Positions 1 to 9,244 are shown, counted from the first letter of the stretch. The stretch: DNA of 64,000 nucleotides from an uncultured candidate division Zixibacteria bacterium (GCA_963806185.1 CAWDXE010000008.1:1-64000); one strand, 5' to 3'. The notes: generated from the letters alone by a model not told the origin. Made by a program: numbers and translations.

Positions 1-840
1 GTTAAAGAAAGATTCCGGATTGCCCGCATCCCGACAGGGCGACGTCTCCTGAATATGAAAATCGTTGCTCGCTGGAGCGACAAACAGCGGATCGGCGGAA
101 ATGTCGTGCAGCCCCGGGGTCGCTCCGTCACCGTAGTTCAGACCGTTTCCCCAAATGTCATTGAAGTCCAACCCGTAGATAGCGCCCTTGACGCCGTAGA
201 ACTTGCACTGCGCAACGATGTTGCCGCTGACTTCAATATCCGCCGCCATCGTCAGGATACCGTTGTCGCAATTCACGATCGTGTTGTTCAGAATGGAGGC
301 CAGCCCCTTCCACAACGAAATGCAGAAGTCACCGGTATTGTTGTAGAACAGGTTCCGCCGAATCTCGACTGCGGCCGCAACACAGCTCAAGGCTCTGACC
401 ATCTTATTGTCTCGGAAAATGCAGTCCTTGATTCTCGGTCGGGCGAAATGATCAACCAGAATGACCGCTCGCGGCTCGGCCGTAAGCATACTGTCGTATC
501 CGGTGAACGTGAAGCCGGAGATTTCTGTATCGATCGGTTCCGTGTTGATCATACTGAAAACCGGCAGGAGCTGATTGGCCGGGCGAAGCGTGGTGACCAA
601 CGGACCATTGGTGCTTCGCACGGTCAGCTTCTTGCCGTTGAAGACCGCAAACGTCTCGTAATCGCCCGGATGCACGAGGATAGTGTCCTTGTCCTCCGCC
701 GCGTTGATGGCAATCGTGACGGTCGAATAATCTTCAGGAACGTAATACGTATTGGCTGACACCGACCCTGCGGCCAACAGCAGCAGTAAAGCCGGAGCGA
801 ACCGGGCGACGCGAAGTGAGTCGGGACGTGATGCGTGCAT
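1..840 (-). CDS. Secreted right-handed parallel beta-helix (pectin lyase-like) protein, 3' end runs off the window
   Basis: Read manually on the minus strand from ATG at 840: MHASRPDSLRVARFAPALLLLLAAGSVSANTYYVPEDYSTVTIAINAAEDKDTILVHPGDY. Signal peptide plus the typical 'VP.DY.TI..AI..A...DTILV.PG.Y' start. Not in the ORF track, presumably because it has no stop in the window. Confidence 0.75.
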   Translation of the reverse strand, partial: MHASRPDSLRVARFAPALLLLLAAGSVSANTYYVPEDYSTVTIAINAAEDKDTILVHPGDYETFAVFNGKKLTVRSTNGPLVTTLRPANQLLPVFSMINTEPIDTEISGFTFTGYDSMLTAEPRAVILVDHFARPRIKDCIFRDNKMVRALSCVAAAVEIRRNLFYNNTGDFCISLWKGLASILNNTIVNCDNGILTMAADIEVSGNIVAQCKFYGVKGAIYGLDFNDIWGNGLNYGDGATPGLHDISADPLFVAPASNDFHIQETSPCRDAGNPESFFN

Positions 841-894
841 ACAGTCGGTAAGTATACCCTTCAGCGGGCTCTGGGTCAATGGTCTGGGCAGGGA

Positions 895-1740
895 TCAGCG
901 GAGGATCAGGTTGTCGATCAGGCGAACACCGCGGATTCTCACCGCCAGCGAGCAAATCGTGCCTTTCACGATCGCAGGTGTAGTCGCCAGCGTGCTCAGT
1001 TGGGTGAACGCAATATAGTCGATTTGCGCATCGGAGGCCGTACCTCGGATCACGGCGCGCATCTCCTTTTCGATCATCCGGGCGCGCTTTTCACCCGAGG
1101 CAACCATCGCCTTAGCCGTGCGCAGGGCATAAAAGAGGCAGATCGCCTCCCGACGACCGCCAACATCGAAGTACTTGTTGCGCGACGACATCGCCAGTCC
1201 GTCAGCCTCGCGTACAGTCGGTGCGATGACATACTTGATCGGATACCCCAGGTCGCGCGTCATCTGCTTGAGTACATACGCCTGCTGGTAATCCTTCTGA
1301 CCGAAAACCGCGACATCCGGCCGGATGATGTTGAACAGCTTTGCGACAATGGTCGCGACACCACGGAAATGTCCCGGCCGCGATGCCCCCTCCAGTACCT
1401 GTGTCAGGTCGGATACGTCGACCCAGGTCTGGAAGTCGGGCGGGTAGATCTCGTCAGAGGTTGGAATAAAGACGATGTCGCCACCGGCTGACTTGATCTT
1501 CCTGATATCACCCTTCTCATCGCGCGGGTATTTGGCTAGATCTTCGTGCGGGGCAAACTGGGCCGGGTTGACGAAGATGGTCGTGACTACAACGTCGGCT
1601 TCTTTCCTAGCGCGACGGATCAGTGAGAGGTGTCCCTCGTGAAGGAATCCCATGGTGGGGACGATGCCGATAGTTGTCCCCTCCGCCGCCAGTTTGCGCG
1701 AGAGGGTCTGCATGGCTTTGATAGTTCGGATGATGCGCAT
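895..1740 (-). CDS. panC: Pantoate--beta-alanine ligase
   Basis: VPTMGFLHEGH, FVNPAQF, RPGHFRGV, FGQKDYQQ, READGLAMSSRN and RLIDN motifs. Confidence 0.97.
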   Translation of the reverse strand: MRIIRTIKAMQTLSRKLAAEGTTIGIVPTMGFLHEGHLSLIRRARKEADVVVTTIFVNPAQFAPHEDLAKYPRDEKGDIRKIKSAGGDIVFIPTSDEIYPPDFQTWVDVSDLTQVLEGASRPGHFRGVATIVAKLFNIIRPDVAVFGQKDYQQAYVLKQMTRDLGYPIKYVIAPTVREADGLAMSSRNKYFDVGGRREAICLFYALRTAKAMVASGEKRARMIEKEMRAVIRGTASDAQIDYIAFTQLSTLATTPAIVKGTICSLAVRIRGVRLIDNLILR

Positions 1741-1859
1741 AGGTCCTCTAAATCATTGGCTGCTAGGTGAGTACGAGAGATGCGCCGCTCGATTCCTGTT
1801 AGAATGTGATACCGGGCATAAGATTTATCTTAACTTTTCGAAGAAATTGTCGTTAATTT

Positions 1860-1950
1860 GAGTGATGCTCGAAAGGGCAGTTACTCCTCGCCTTTACGGC
1901 GTAGGACAAGGCTTCTTGTCCCGTGGGCCCGTTAACCACGGGACTTTTTT
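1860..1950 (+). ncRNA. Putative structured small RNA convergent on the DUF3800 operon (DUF3800-motif-like)
   Basis: Four adjacent hairpins: GAGTGA-TGCTC-GAAA-GGGCA-G-TTACTC (GNRA loop, G-U pairs valid only on +), CGCC-TTTAC-GGCG, GGACAAG-GCTT-CTTGTCC, and GTCCCGTGG-N9-CCACGGGAC followed by T6. No credible plus-strand gene lies upstream. Confidence 0.65.
1918..1950 (+). terminator. Intrinsic terminator for a plus-strand transcript
   Basis: 9-bp GC-rich stem (1918-1926 / 1936-1944) plus TTTTTT; no U-tract follows the stem on the minus strand. Confidence 0.8.
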
Positions 1951-2434
1951 ATGGAATTCGTCTACATCCTCTAACATAGTTCCTCAGTTGTGCAATTGGG
2001 CAACAGTAGGCCGTTCGAAAACTGAATCTACCGCCATCTCGGCCGCGCAACCAGACAATATATTTCTGATCCCAAAAGATGTATGCGCGCTTCAAAATGC
2101 CTGCGCGTGGACTACCCCAACACTCAACGCCATTAAACAACTTGGATACCACCGGAACAATCCACCGAATCCTTGCAGCCCGAGTCACATCAAAGACGCT
2201 CTTATCGTCTGGGTACATAGACCGATCACGTGAACAAAAGAATGCGTGAGAGAAATAATTGTCATAGATGACATACTCGAGTCCATCGTGAGTGTTGTGG
2301 AGACCTATCTTGCCGGTGCTCGTAGGGACGTTTAGGATTTCAGTCTCGAAGATTGCCATCGTGTAAGATTGGGCATCCTGAATAGAGAGCGATTCCAAGT
2401 TCAGCAGGAAGTTGTTGGGCTCAGAGTTCAACAT
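1949..2434 (-). CDS. Hypothetical 161-aa protein, possible RelE/BECR-fold (PBECR-like) ribonuclease
   Basis: Overlaps the DUF3800 gene by 14 bp. Pattern 'FSHAF...R..RIRWI....KRAY....YIVWL.......FRTAY' resembles phage/BECR-type nucleases; fold call is inference. Confidence 0.55.
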   Translation of the reverse strand: MLNSEPNNFLLNLESLSIQDAQSYTMAIFETEILNVPTSTGKIGLHNTHDGLEYVIYDNYFSHAFFCSRDRSMYPDDKSVFDVTRAARIRWIVPVVSKLFNGVECWGSPRAGILKRAYIFWDQKYIVWLRGRDGGRFSFRTAYCCPIAQLRNYVRGCRRIP

Positions 2435-3116
2435 CTAGATCAATGCGAAACAAATTGAACTTTTGGAAGGAACGAGCTGTGGCCGTGTTCAGTGAGTTCC
2501 AACCCATCGCGCTTGCCAAGATATCCGTTATCTGCCGCTTGCCCGAATCTCGGCGAATTGCGTCATTTGCTGAAGCCGCAACCGCCCCGGTTAAGACATC
2601 ACAAAGTTGGCTGAGACGCGATTGTCTCGAATTGATCGGTTCTAGCAATCGTACTGTACCGGTTGTGCCCAGCTTATTGTTCAAGACATTACGGAGTGTA
2701 GTCAGCCTGTTATCTATTGAATTCACCTTGTGATCCAAAAGAATGTCATAGCTATGTTCCGGACTCAGCCAATGAATCAAGAGTTGATAATAGAACTTGT
2801 AGAATCCGAGCTCTTGGTCGCCCTTGTGATACACGTCAATGTCGACTCTTTGCCGGTCAACGATGATCGCTCGGAATCGAACCTGCTGCTCTTCCAAGAA
2901 GACGCGAACAACCTCCACGTAAGGTTGCACGAATGAATCACTGACTTTGGACCATTTGGCCTCAGATTCGCCAAATCTCTCGCGCATCAGGTTGTTGAGT
3001 CTGGCTTGAACGATAGGCTTGCCAGTACGTGGAAGCCAGAGGCTCCCGAGGACCATATATCTCCGGGCCTCTGAATTCGTGTGAGAACTTTCGTCGCAGT
3101 AGACTATGAAATCCAT
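2421..3116 (-). CDS. DUF3800 domain protein (RNase H-like fold)
   Basis: N-terminal YCDES, central EAKWSKV, 'ILLD', and C-terminal QLCDVLTGAV, the characteristic DUF3800 motifs. ATG at 3116 preferred; an in-frame TTG lies at 3146. Confidence 0.88.
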   Translation of the reverse strand: MDFIVYCDESSHTNSEARRYMVLGSLWLPRTGKPIVQARLNNLMRERFGESEAKWSKVSDSFVQPYVEVVRVFLEEQQVRFRAIIVDRQRVDIDVYHKGDQELGFYKFYYQLLIHWLSPEHSYDILLDHKVNSIDNRLTTLRNVLNNKLGTTGTVRLLEPINSRQSRLSQLCDVLTGAVAASANDAIRRDSGKRQITDILASAMGWNSLNTATARSFQKFNLFRIDLDVEL

Positions 3117-3146
3117 AGGTAAGTCAATATCGTCGTCGCCGTTCAA

Positions 3147-4295
3147 TCACTTCAAGCGTTCTTCAGCCGGCACCCCATCCCCCTCCCCAAACAACGGCTT
3201 CTCGTCACCAATCCGGTGACTGTCCTTGATACTGCGAAGTACGACATACCCGCGTGCCTGCGCCGCCGCCACCACTGCCAGCATGTAGCCGATTACCGTG
3301 CAGAAAATCAAGAAGAGCATCGCCGCCATCGCATAGCTGATCGCCGATTCTCCCGATCCGCGCAGCCAAGGATTAATGGAGAAGCTAAACGGCACGCCCG
3401 GGAATACTTTGCAGACCTGCCCAACCAGTCGGTGCTCAACCGGCAGATGTGCCAAGCCGGACAGTACCAGCCGTCGCAGATCATCTCCCCCACCCAGAGA
3501 GCTCGACCAGACCAGGAACTGGACTGCGCGAAAACAAAAATAGGCGAATATGAACCCACACACCTTGGCCGCGACAAACGAATACGCCGTGTACACTCCC
3601 CAGCGAAACGGCTGGCGAATTAGCGTGGAAAAGGTCTCGAGGATGGCCGTGAATGCCTCGCCGTGTCGGTCGGCCGCAGCCACCGCCGGCAAGAGCAGGA
3701 AAGTAAGCGTAAACACGAATACTATGAACACGGAAAACAGCGCAATGATGAAATTCGGAATCGCAAAAAGCAGGACAAAGAGCCAGTCGCCCAGTAACGG
3801 TATCCGCGTCACCAGACCAAGCAGCGCAAAGAGACCGACAATAAACAGCACGAACGCCGCAATCGCCAGTTCGGCCAGAAAGATCTGCTTGAAGCGATCG
3901 ACCGCGAACCGAATTGCCGCTCGCGCCGAAAGGAAACGATTGCCCCGCACCGATTCGATATTGATGATCGCCACCCCAAGAAAGCCCAGCATGACCAGCA
4001 ACGCCGCGCCGATCAGTCCGATCCCGAATACTCCCTGCGCGATCGGTCCGTGAAAAATGAACTGCTCAAGAGGAAACAAGCCATAGGCCGACTGGACGGC
4101 GGACAAGTCCTCGCCGTCAATCGCATACGCCAAATAGGCAAACAGATCGTACCAGAGAAACCCCACGACCAGAAACAGAGTCATGACGAATATCTGTTTG
4201 GCTGACAGCGCCCGCGCCGGCGCCCAGAGAATATCGATGAAATTGTACCGCGGACGAACGTCCATGACGGTAAATTGGACGGGTGAACGGGCCAT
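3147..4295 (-). CDS. Multi-pass membrane protein of unknown function
   Basis: 382-aa ORF with about 6-7 hydrophobic segments, co-oriented with neighbours. Confidence 0.8.
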   Translation of the reverse strand: MARSPVQFTVMDVRPRYNFIDILWAPARALSAKQIFVMTLFLVVGFLWYDLFAYLAYAIDGEDLSAVQSAYGLFPLEQFIFHGPIAQGVFGIGLIGAALLVMLGFLGVAIINIESVRGNRFLSARAAIRFAVDRFKQIFLAELAIAAFVLFIVGLFALLGLVTRIPLLGDWLFVLLFAIPNFIIALFSVFIVFVFTLTFLLLPAVAAADRHGEAFTAILETFSTLIRQPFRWGVYTAYSFVAAKVCGFIFAYFCFRAVQFLVWSSSLGGGDDLRRLVLSGLAHLPVEHRLVGQVCKVFPGVPFSFSINPWLRGSGESAISYAMAAMLFLIFCTVIGYMLAVVAAAQARGYVVLRSIKDSHRIGDEKPLFGEGDGVPAEERLK

Positions 4296-4321
4296 GTCAA
4301 GTTGTTTCGCAGATATCCCGG

Positions 4322-5323
4322 TCAGATATGAAATTCAACCACGTCGCCGTCGTGAAGCTGGTAATCACGCTGGACCCGCTGTCCCTCGAATACCCCTGTC
4401 CCCCAGACCCGCGCAAACTTCAGTTTGGCGGCAAAGTCCTTGTGAATCGACGTCGCCGCATCTTCGACCGTCCCCCCCATCGGCAATATGACCGGGGCGA
4501 CCAGTGCCACATCGTGCCCAATCTGCTTGGTGTAGACGCGAACAATGGCCAGACTGTCAAAAATCGCCCGCCGGAAGCGGGTTAATGACTCATCGTCCAG
4601 CACCGACGTCCGCACGATCGGACAGCCGGGGAACAATGATTGCAGGGTCGCCAGCGCCGCACTGTCATCGCCGCTATCGATCTCCTTGTGCGCGCACACG
4701 AGCGCCTTCTTCACCGAAATGCGTGCATCGTCATTCGGGACGTCTTTCGACGGCCGCAGCCAGAGCCGCTTTTCGTCCAGTTTCTGCAGAAGGAATTGGA
4801 GACTTGACTGAAGGTCAGGCGAGGTAACGTCGCAGACCGGCACGACCACGTCGGCGTTGCGAATCAGATTGGTCATGTACGGTTCGTATTGTTCGTGCGA
4901 GATGGGCGGCGTGTCGATCAACTGAATCTGGACCGTCTCAAACGTCATCATGCCGGTCAGCGGCTCGCGCGTCGTGTAGGGGAAATCAGCCACCAGCGGT
5001 TTTGCGTGCGTCAGACTCTCCAGCAGCGACGATTTGCCCGTGTTCGGTGGCCCGATCAGAATAACCTGCCCCGCGCCCTCGCGTTCTATATGGTCGTGCG
5101 TGACATGCACTTTCGCGCCGACCGGCCCCTTGACGGGGCCCTCGATGTCCTGCTTGATCCTGGAAATCTTGGCCTTCATCTCGGCCTGAAGCTTGTCGGT
5201 CCCCTTGTGTTTGGGCATGATCCGCAGGAGCTCTTCGGCCAGACGGAGCTTCTCCCTGAGATCCTTTTCGGCGCGGAATTCCCGCTCCAGCTCGTAGTAT
5301 TGTGGAGGCAAATTAGCCGGCAT
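4322..5323 (-). CDS. DRG/Rbg-like OBG-family GTPase with C-terminal TGS domain
   Basis: MPANLPPQY N-terminus, PKHKGT, G1 GPPNTGKS, FPYTT, DTP, and TGS 'FARVWG...GQRV..DY.L.DGDVVE'. Confidence 0.9.
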   Translation of the reverse strand: MPANLPPQYYELEREFRAEKDLREKLRLAEELLRIMPKHKGTDKLQAEMKAKISRIKQDIEGPVKGPVGAKVHVTHDHIEREGAGQVILIGPPNTGKSSLLESLTHAKPLVADFPYTTREPLTGMMTFETVQIQLIDTPPISHEQYEPYMTNLIRNADVVVPVCDVTSPDLQSSLQFLLQKLDEKRLWLRPSKDVPNDDARISVKKALVCAHKEIDSGDDSAALATLQSLFPGCPIVRTSVLDDESLTRFRRAIFDSLAIVRVYTKQIGHDVALVAPVILPMGGTVEDAATSIHKDFAAKLKFARVWGTGVFEGQRVQRDYQLHDGDVVEFHI

Positions 5324-5368
5324 ACATATATGTATATATTGGGAGCCGGCGCGACGCAAGCCGAGTTG

Positions 5369-6550
5369 TCAGGACTGTTTGCGGGTCGGTTGCCGTCGCC
5401 CGCCCGGCTGTAAAATCTCCGCTATAGCTTCACACACGAAGTCAACATCGACCGGTTTCAAGCCGGGGTACAGAGGCAGGGTAACTATTCTCCGCGCCGC
5501 TTTGGCAGTATTCGGATAGTCCGACAGCTTGACACCCAGCCGGCGATAATAGCTGAAACTCGGAATCGCGTAGTAATGAATCCCGCATTCGATGCCGCGC
5601 TCGGCCATCCGGGCAATAAACTCGTCACGGCCGAAATCCAGCCATTCCAGTTTCAACTGGATGATAAACAGATGCCACGCATGCGTAAAGCTCTCGGACA
5701 CCTCCGGCAGGATGAGATAATCCTGCAGCGACCGCAGATTCTTCAGATACCTTTCGGCCAGTTTTCGTCTCTGTTCCTGAAGCGTGTCCAGCCCCTGCAA
5801 CTGACCCAAGCCGACCGACGCCAGTATGTCCGACATGTTCGCCTTGTACCCCAGACCGACAACGTCATAGCCGATACTCCCTGTCTGCCGCCGCTGGTAC
5901 GCATTGCTGGTAATCGCATGACGCGACAACAGGCGAACGCGATCAGCCAGTGTCTTCGTGCCCGTGAGTACCATTCCCCCCTCACCACAGGCAAGGTTCT
6001 TGGTGACATAAAACGAATGAACAGCCATGTCTGCCCATTGCGCCGGCGATTTCCCATTGTACTGCGCACCGAGCGAATGAGAGGCATCAGCAATCATAGT
6101 CAGTTTGTGTTTCCGACAGATCGATCTTAGAGAATCGTAGGCGACCGGGCGGCCGGCGATATCAACCGAGAGTATTGCCTTCGTTTTGCGGGTGATACAA
6201 CGGGCTACCGACTCGGGATCAATCAGCAACGATCGGGCATCGATGTCCGCAAACACCGGACGTGCCCCGGCCTGGAGAATGACCGATGTGCTCGCCACAA
6301 ACGAAAATGGCGAGGTAACTACCTCGTCACCCTGGCCAATCCCGGCGGCTTTCAGCGCCAGAAACAAGCCGGCCGTGGCCGAATTGACCGCGACGCCGTA
6401 TTTCATCCCTTCGCGGGCAGCCACCGCCTCTTCCAATGCCCGGCACTTCGGGCCGGTCGACAACCAGCCGGAACGAAGCGTCTCGGTCACCATGCGTATC
6501 GTAGCCGGGGAGACGGAGATATCAAAGAGAGGGATGTTTCTTCGCTTCAT
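5369..6550 (-). CDS. DegT/DnrJ/EryC1/StrS sugar aminotransferase
   Basis: SGWLSTGP, NSATAGL, DASHSLGA, SFYVTKNL (PLP lysine), GEGGM. Confidence 0.93.
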   Translation of the reverse strand: MKRRNIPLFDISVSPATIRMVTETLRSGWLSTGPKCRALEEAVAAREGMKYGVAVNSATAGLFLALKAAGIGQGDEVVTSPFSFVASTSVILQAGARPVFADIDARSLLIDPESVARCITRKTKAILSVDIAGRPVAYDSLRSICRKHKLTMIADASHSLGAQYNGKSPAQWADMAVHSFYVTKNLACGEGGMVLTGTKTLADRVRLLSRHAITSNAYQRRQTGSIGYDVVGLGYKANMSDILASVGLGQLQGLDTLQEQRRKLAERYLKNLRSLQDYLILPEVSESFTHAWHLFIIQLKLEWLDFGRDEFIARMAERGIECGIHYYAIPSFSYYRRLGVKLSDYPNTAKAARRIVTLPLYPGLKPVDVDFVCEAIAEILQPGGRRQPTRKQS

Positions 6551-7613
6551 TGATCAACCGATCGTAAAGTTGGGCCATTACATCAAGGGAACGCGACCAG
6601 GCGAAATTATCACGGGCCATGGCATATCCATGGGACCCCAGTCGCTGCATCAACACCCGGTCGCCGGCAACTTTCAGTATTGACTCTGCCAAAGCTTCCG
6701 GATCGTCCGGCGGCACCAGGAATCCGGTCACACCGTCCCGCACTACTTCATGCACGCCCCCGACACTAGTAGCGACCACCGGCCGACCGCATGCGGCGGC
6801 TTCGAGCGCTGCGACACCAAACGATTCCATGCGCGAAGGCATCGCCAGCAAGTGCTGCGTCTGAAGAAAGGGGTAAATCTGCGACCGGTCAAGCCAGCCG
6901 ACGAATGAGACAGCATCGACGATTCCCAGTGAATTGGCCAGCGCCTGCAGGTCCTCAGTCATCGAACCTCTCCCCGCCAAGTTGAGCCGCAGGCTGGGCA
7001 TCTTCGCACGCGCCTTTGCGAATGCTTTCATCAGTATATCCGGGCCGTAGATCATCCGGTGTGATTTGAGAAAGCAGATGTTCACAATTGCACCAGGCGG
7101 GAGCGACGGGCAGGAAGGCGGGACATCGACGCCAAACGGAATAACCTCAACCGCCGCGCTTATGTCCGGAATCAGCCGGTTAATCTCTGACTTCAAGAAT
7201 TCGCTGGTAGCCGTGACAGCCGTCGCCCGACCGACGACACGTCGAAGAACCATCTTCCCCCACCAGCTCTTGCCGAATACGGTTACATCACTTCCCCAGA
7301 CGGAAACCACGTTTGGCTTGAATCCGCTCCGGTCCGCCCAAAGGCCGAGCGAACTGGCGTAGTGCGCATGGACAAGATCAGGATTAAAATCCTGAATGTG
7401 CCGCCGCACCTGCGACATCTGCAGTAGATAATCCAACTTGCCTGCACGCGGGAGAATAACCGTGTCGATGCCGTCAATCGGATCGCCGCCGGGCGAAATC
7501 AGCCGGACAGCATAGTCCCGCTGCGACAATCCAGTGACCCAGCGCTGGATGTGCACTGAATCGGACCAGCCGAGTATGACTATTCTTGCCTTAGCCACTT
7601 CGTTCCTCAACAT
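6522..7613 (-). CDS. Glycosyltransferase family 4
   Basis: DLVHAHY, SVWGSDV, ESFGVAALEAAACGRPVV (EX7E motif). Confidence 0.92.
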   Translation of the reverse strand: MLRNEVAKARIVILGWSDSVHIQRWVTGLSQRDYAVRLISPGGDPIDGIDTVILPRAGKLDYLLQMSQVRRHIQDFNPDLVHAHYASSLGLWADRSGFKPNVVSVWGSDVTVFGKSWWGKMVLRRVVGRATAVTATSEFLKSEINRLIPDISAAVEVIPFGVDVPPSCPSLPPGAIVNICFLKSHRMIYGPDILMKAFAKARAKMPSLRLNLAGRGSMTEDLQALANSLGIVDAVSFVGWLDRSQIYPFLQTQHLLAMPSRMESFGVAALEAAACGRPVVATSVGGVHEVVRDGVTGFLVPPDDPEALAESILKVAGDRVLMQRLGSHGYAMARDNFAWSRSLDVMAQLYDRLINEAKKHPSL

Positions 7614-9159
7614 CGTCGTTGCGGCCACGACCGAACGAAAGAAACTGCTTCAGATCAGCGCGCGGACCGATGAGAGACAATACCGGCAGATAGATCCCAA
7701 GAGTAATGACTCCCGTGATTCCAAGTCTGCACGCGGCCGCGAGCAGACCATGCCCGGTAAACATTTGTGTCACCATCGCACCCAGGAGGACGTTCACCAA
7801 TAGCGCCACAGCTCCGGCAATGAGGACTCGCACGATACCGTTACCCAATGCACCGGCGATCGGGCGTGCCGTCTTGCTAAGGGTAATCGTAACCAGGCCG
7901 AGGGCAAAGACGATCTGCGCCAGGCTCGTCGCGGCCGAGATCCCGGCGTAACCAAACGCTTCGACAAGAATGAACGTGCCGCCGACTTTCACCACAATTG
8001 CCAGAATCGCCACCACCAGCACGCGCTTTGCCCAACCTGCGGCGTAACAAGCCCGAAGCGAAGTTGAGACGATGAAGAGTGTCACCACGGCCGGTATCCA
8101 CGGCTGCATGACGGTCACCGTCTTTGTCAGCGAGGTTTCATCAAAATGTCCGCGCAGAAATAGAATCTGCACAATGTCGGCCGTCCCCGCAAAAAGCACG
8201 ACGGCAATCGGCACTGCGACCATCAGGCCGCTGATGATCGATCGGTAGTAGGCGCGTGAGAATCTGGCAGGATCGGACGTAGCCGTCGCCGAGAACAACG
8301 GAAATGCGACAGAAGCAATGGCGAAACCGACGATTGAATCCGGCACCTGCACCAGCACCTGGCTGTAATTGAGCGCTGCGACAATGCCTTCGCCCTGCGG
8401 AATGGCAAACCAGCGATCGATAAGGAAATATGAACGGTTGATGACTTCCACGACGAGCAGGACGCCCAGCGCGTTCATGGCAGTTTGAATCGTCTCGCGA
8501 TCGACCCGGGCCGTCCAGTTACTGAACGGTCGCCAGGGCAACGTTCGTGTGCCGAGATACACGACCATGATGGCCGAACCGAGCAGCACTCCCACCGCCA
8601 AGCTCATCCCGCCAAACGTCGGAGCAAGCAACATCACACAGGCTATCAATACAACATTGTCAACCAGTTGACAACCAGCAGCGTAGGCAAACACCTCTCT
8701 TGCGTTCAGCATGGCCCGGAAGAGCGATGCCATCGCGGCGAACACGACGGTCAAGGAGAGAATTCGAAGGTAATAAACCACCTCCCCCTGCAATTCCGGG
8801 GGCAACTCCTGTACATAGGGACGAACCAGGAACGGCGCAAGAAACACCAGCGCCACGGCAATGAGCGCGGCCAGTCCCAAGGTCAGATTGACGGTAGGCC
8901 AAATTGACTTGTCGAAAATGCCCGACTCCACCTTACCGCGCATACTTCTTGTCAGAAGCGGGACAGCCAGATAGAAGGCGGCAAAATCGACCACGCTCGA
9001 AATGAGCACGGGAAACATCGAGCCGAGAAGAAAGAGATCGTAATCCCGGGAAGTGCCGAACCGGTCCGCAACCACCATCTCCCGCCCCAGACCGACCACG
9101 CGAGAGGCGACGACCACGGCCATAATACCCAGGACTGCGTTGCGACGTGAATCTGCCAT
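7591..9159 (-). CDS. MurJ/MviN-like MOP-family flippase
   Basis: SRVVGLGREMVVA.RFG, LNYSQ.L.Q.P, LFLRGHF and about 13-14 hydrophobic segments; located inside the polysaccharide cluster. Confidence 0.85.
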   Translation of the reverse strand: MADSRRNAVLGIMAVVVASRVVGLGREMVVADRFGTSRDYDLFLLGSMFPVLISSVVDFAAFYLAVPLLTRSMRGKVESGIFDKSIWPTVNLTLGLAALIAVALVFLAPFLVRPYVQELPPELQGEVVYYLRILSLTVVFAAMASLFRAMLNAREVFAYAAGCQLVDNVVLIACVMLLAPTFGGMSLAVGVLLGSAIMVVYLGTRTLPWRPFSNWTARVDRETIQTAMNALGVLLVVEVINRSYFLIDRWFAIPQGEGIVAALNYSQVLVQVPDSIVGFAIASVAFPLFSATATSDPARFSRAYYRSIISGLMVAVPIAVVLFAGTADIVQILFLRGHFDETSLTKTVTVMQPWIPAVVTLFIVSTSLRACYAAGWAKRVLVVAILAIVVKVGGTFILVEAFGYAGISAATSLAQIVFALGLVTITLSKTARPIAGALGNGIVRVLIAGAVALLVNVLLGAMVTQMFTGHGLLAAACRLGITGVITLGIYLPVLSLIGPRADLKQFLSFGRGRNDDVEERSG

Positions 9160-9244
9160 TGGGCAATTATACCATCTCTTGACCGCTGGGCAAACAAAAC
9201 CGCCGGGGAGCATCCTCACCGGCGGCCGACTCTCAGACGAACAC

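Noticed and set aside
55..759. 234-aa plus-strand ORF
   Set aside because: Antisense shadow of the minus-strand beta-helix gene, which has a signal peptide and family motifs
1860..1950. Riboswitch or leader for panC
   Set aside because: Wobble pairs, tetraloop and U-tract orient the structure on the strand opposite to panC
1862..2233. 123-aa plus-strand ORF through the hairpin cluster
   Set aside because: Crosses an intrinsic terminator, is antisense to the 161-aa gene and has no recognisable motifs
1819..3146. Retron interpretation of the DUF3800 locus
   Set aside because: No reverse transcriptase recognised in the window and no long a1/a2 inverted repeats enclosing the RNA
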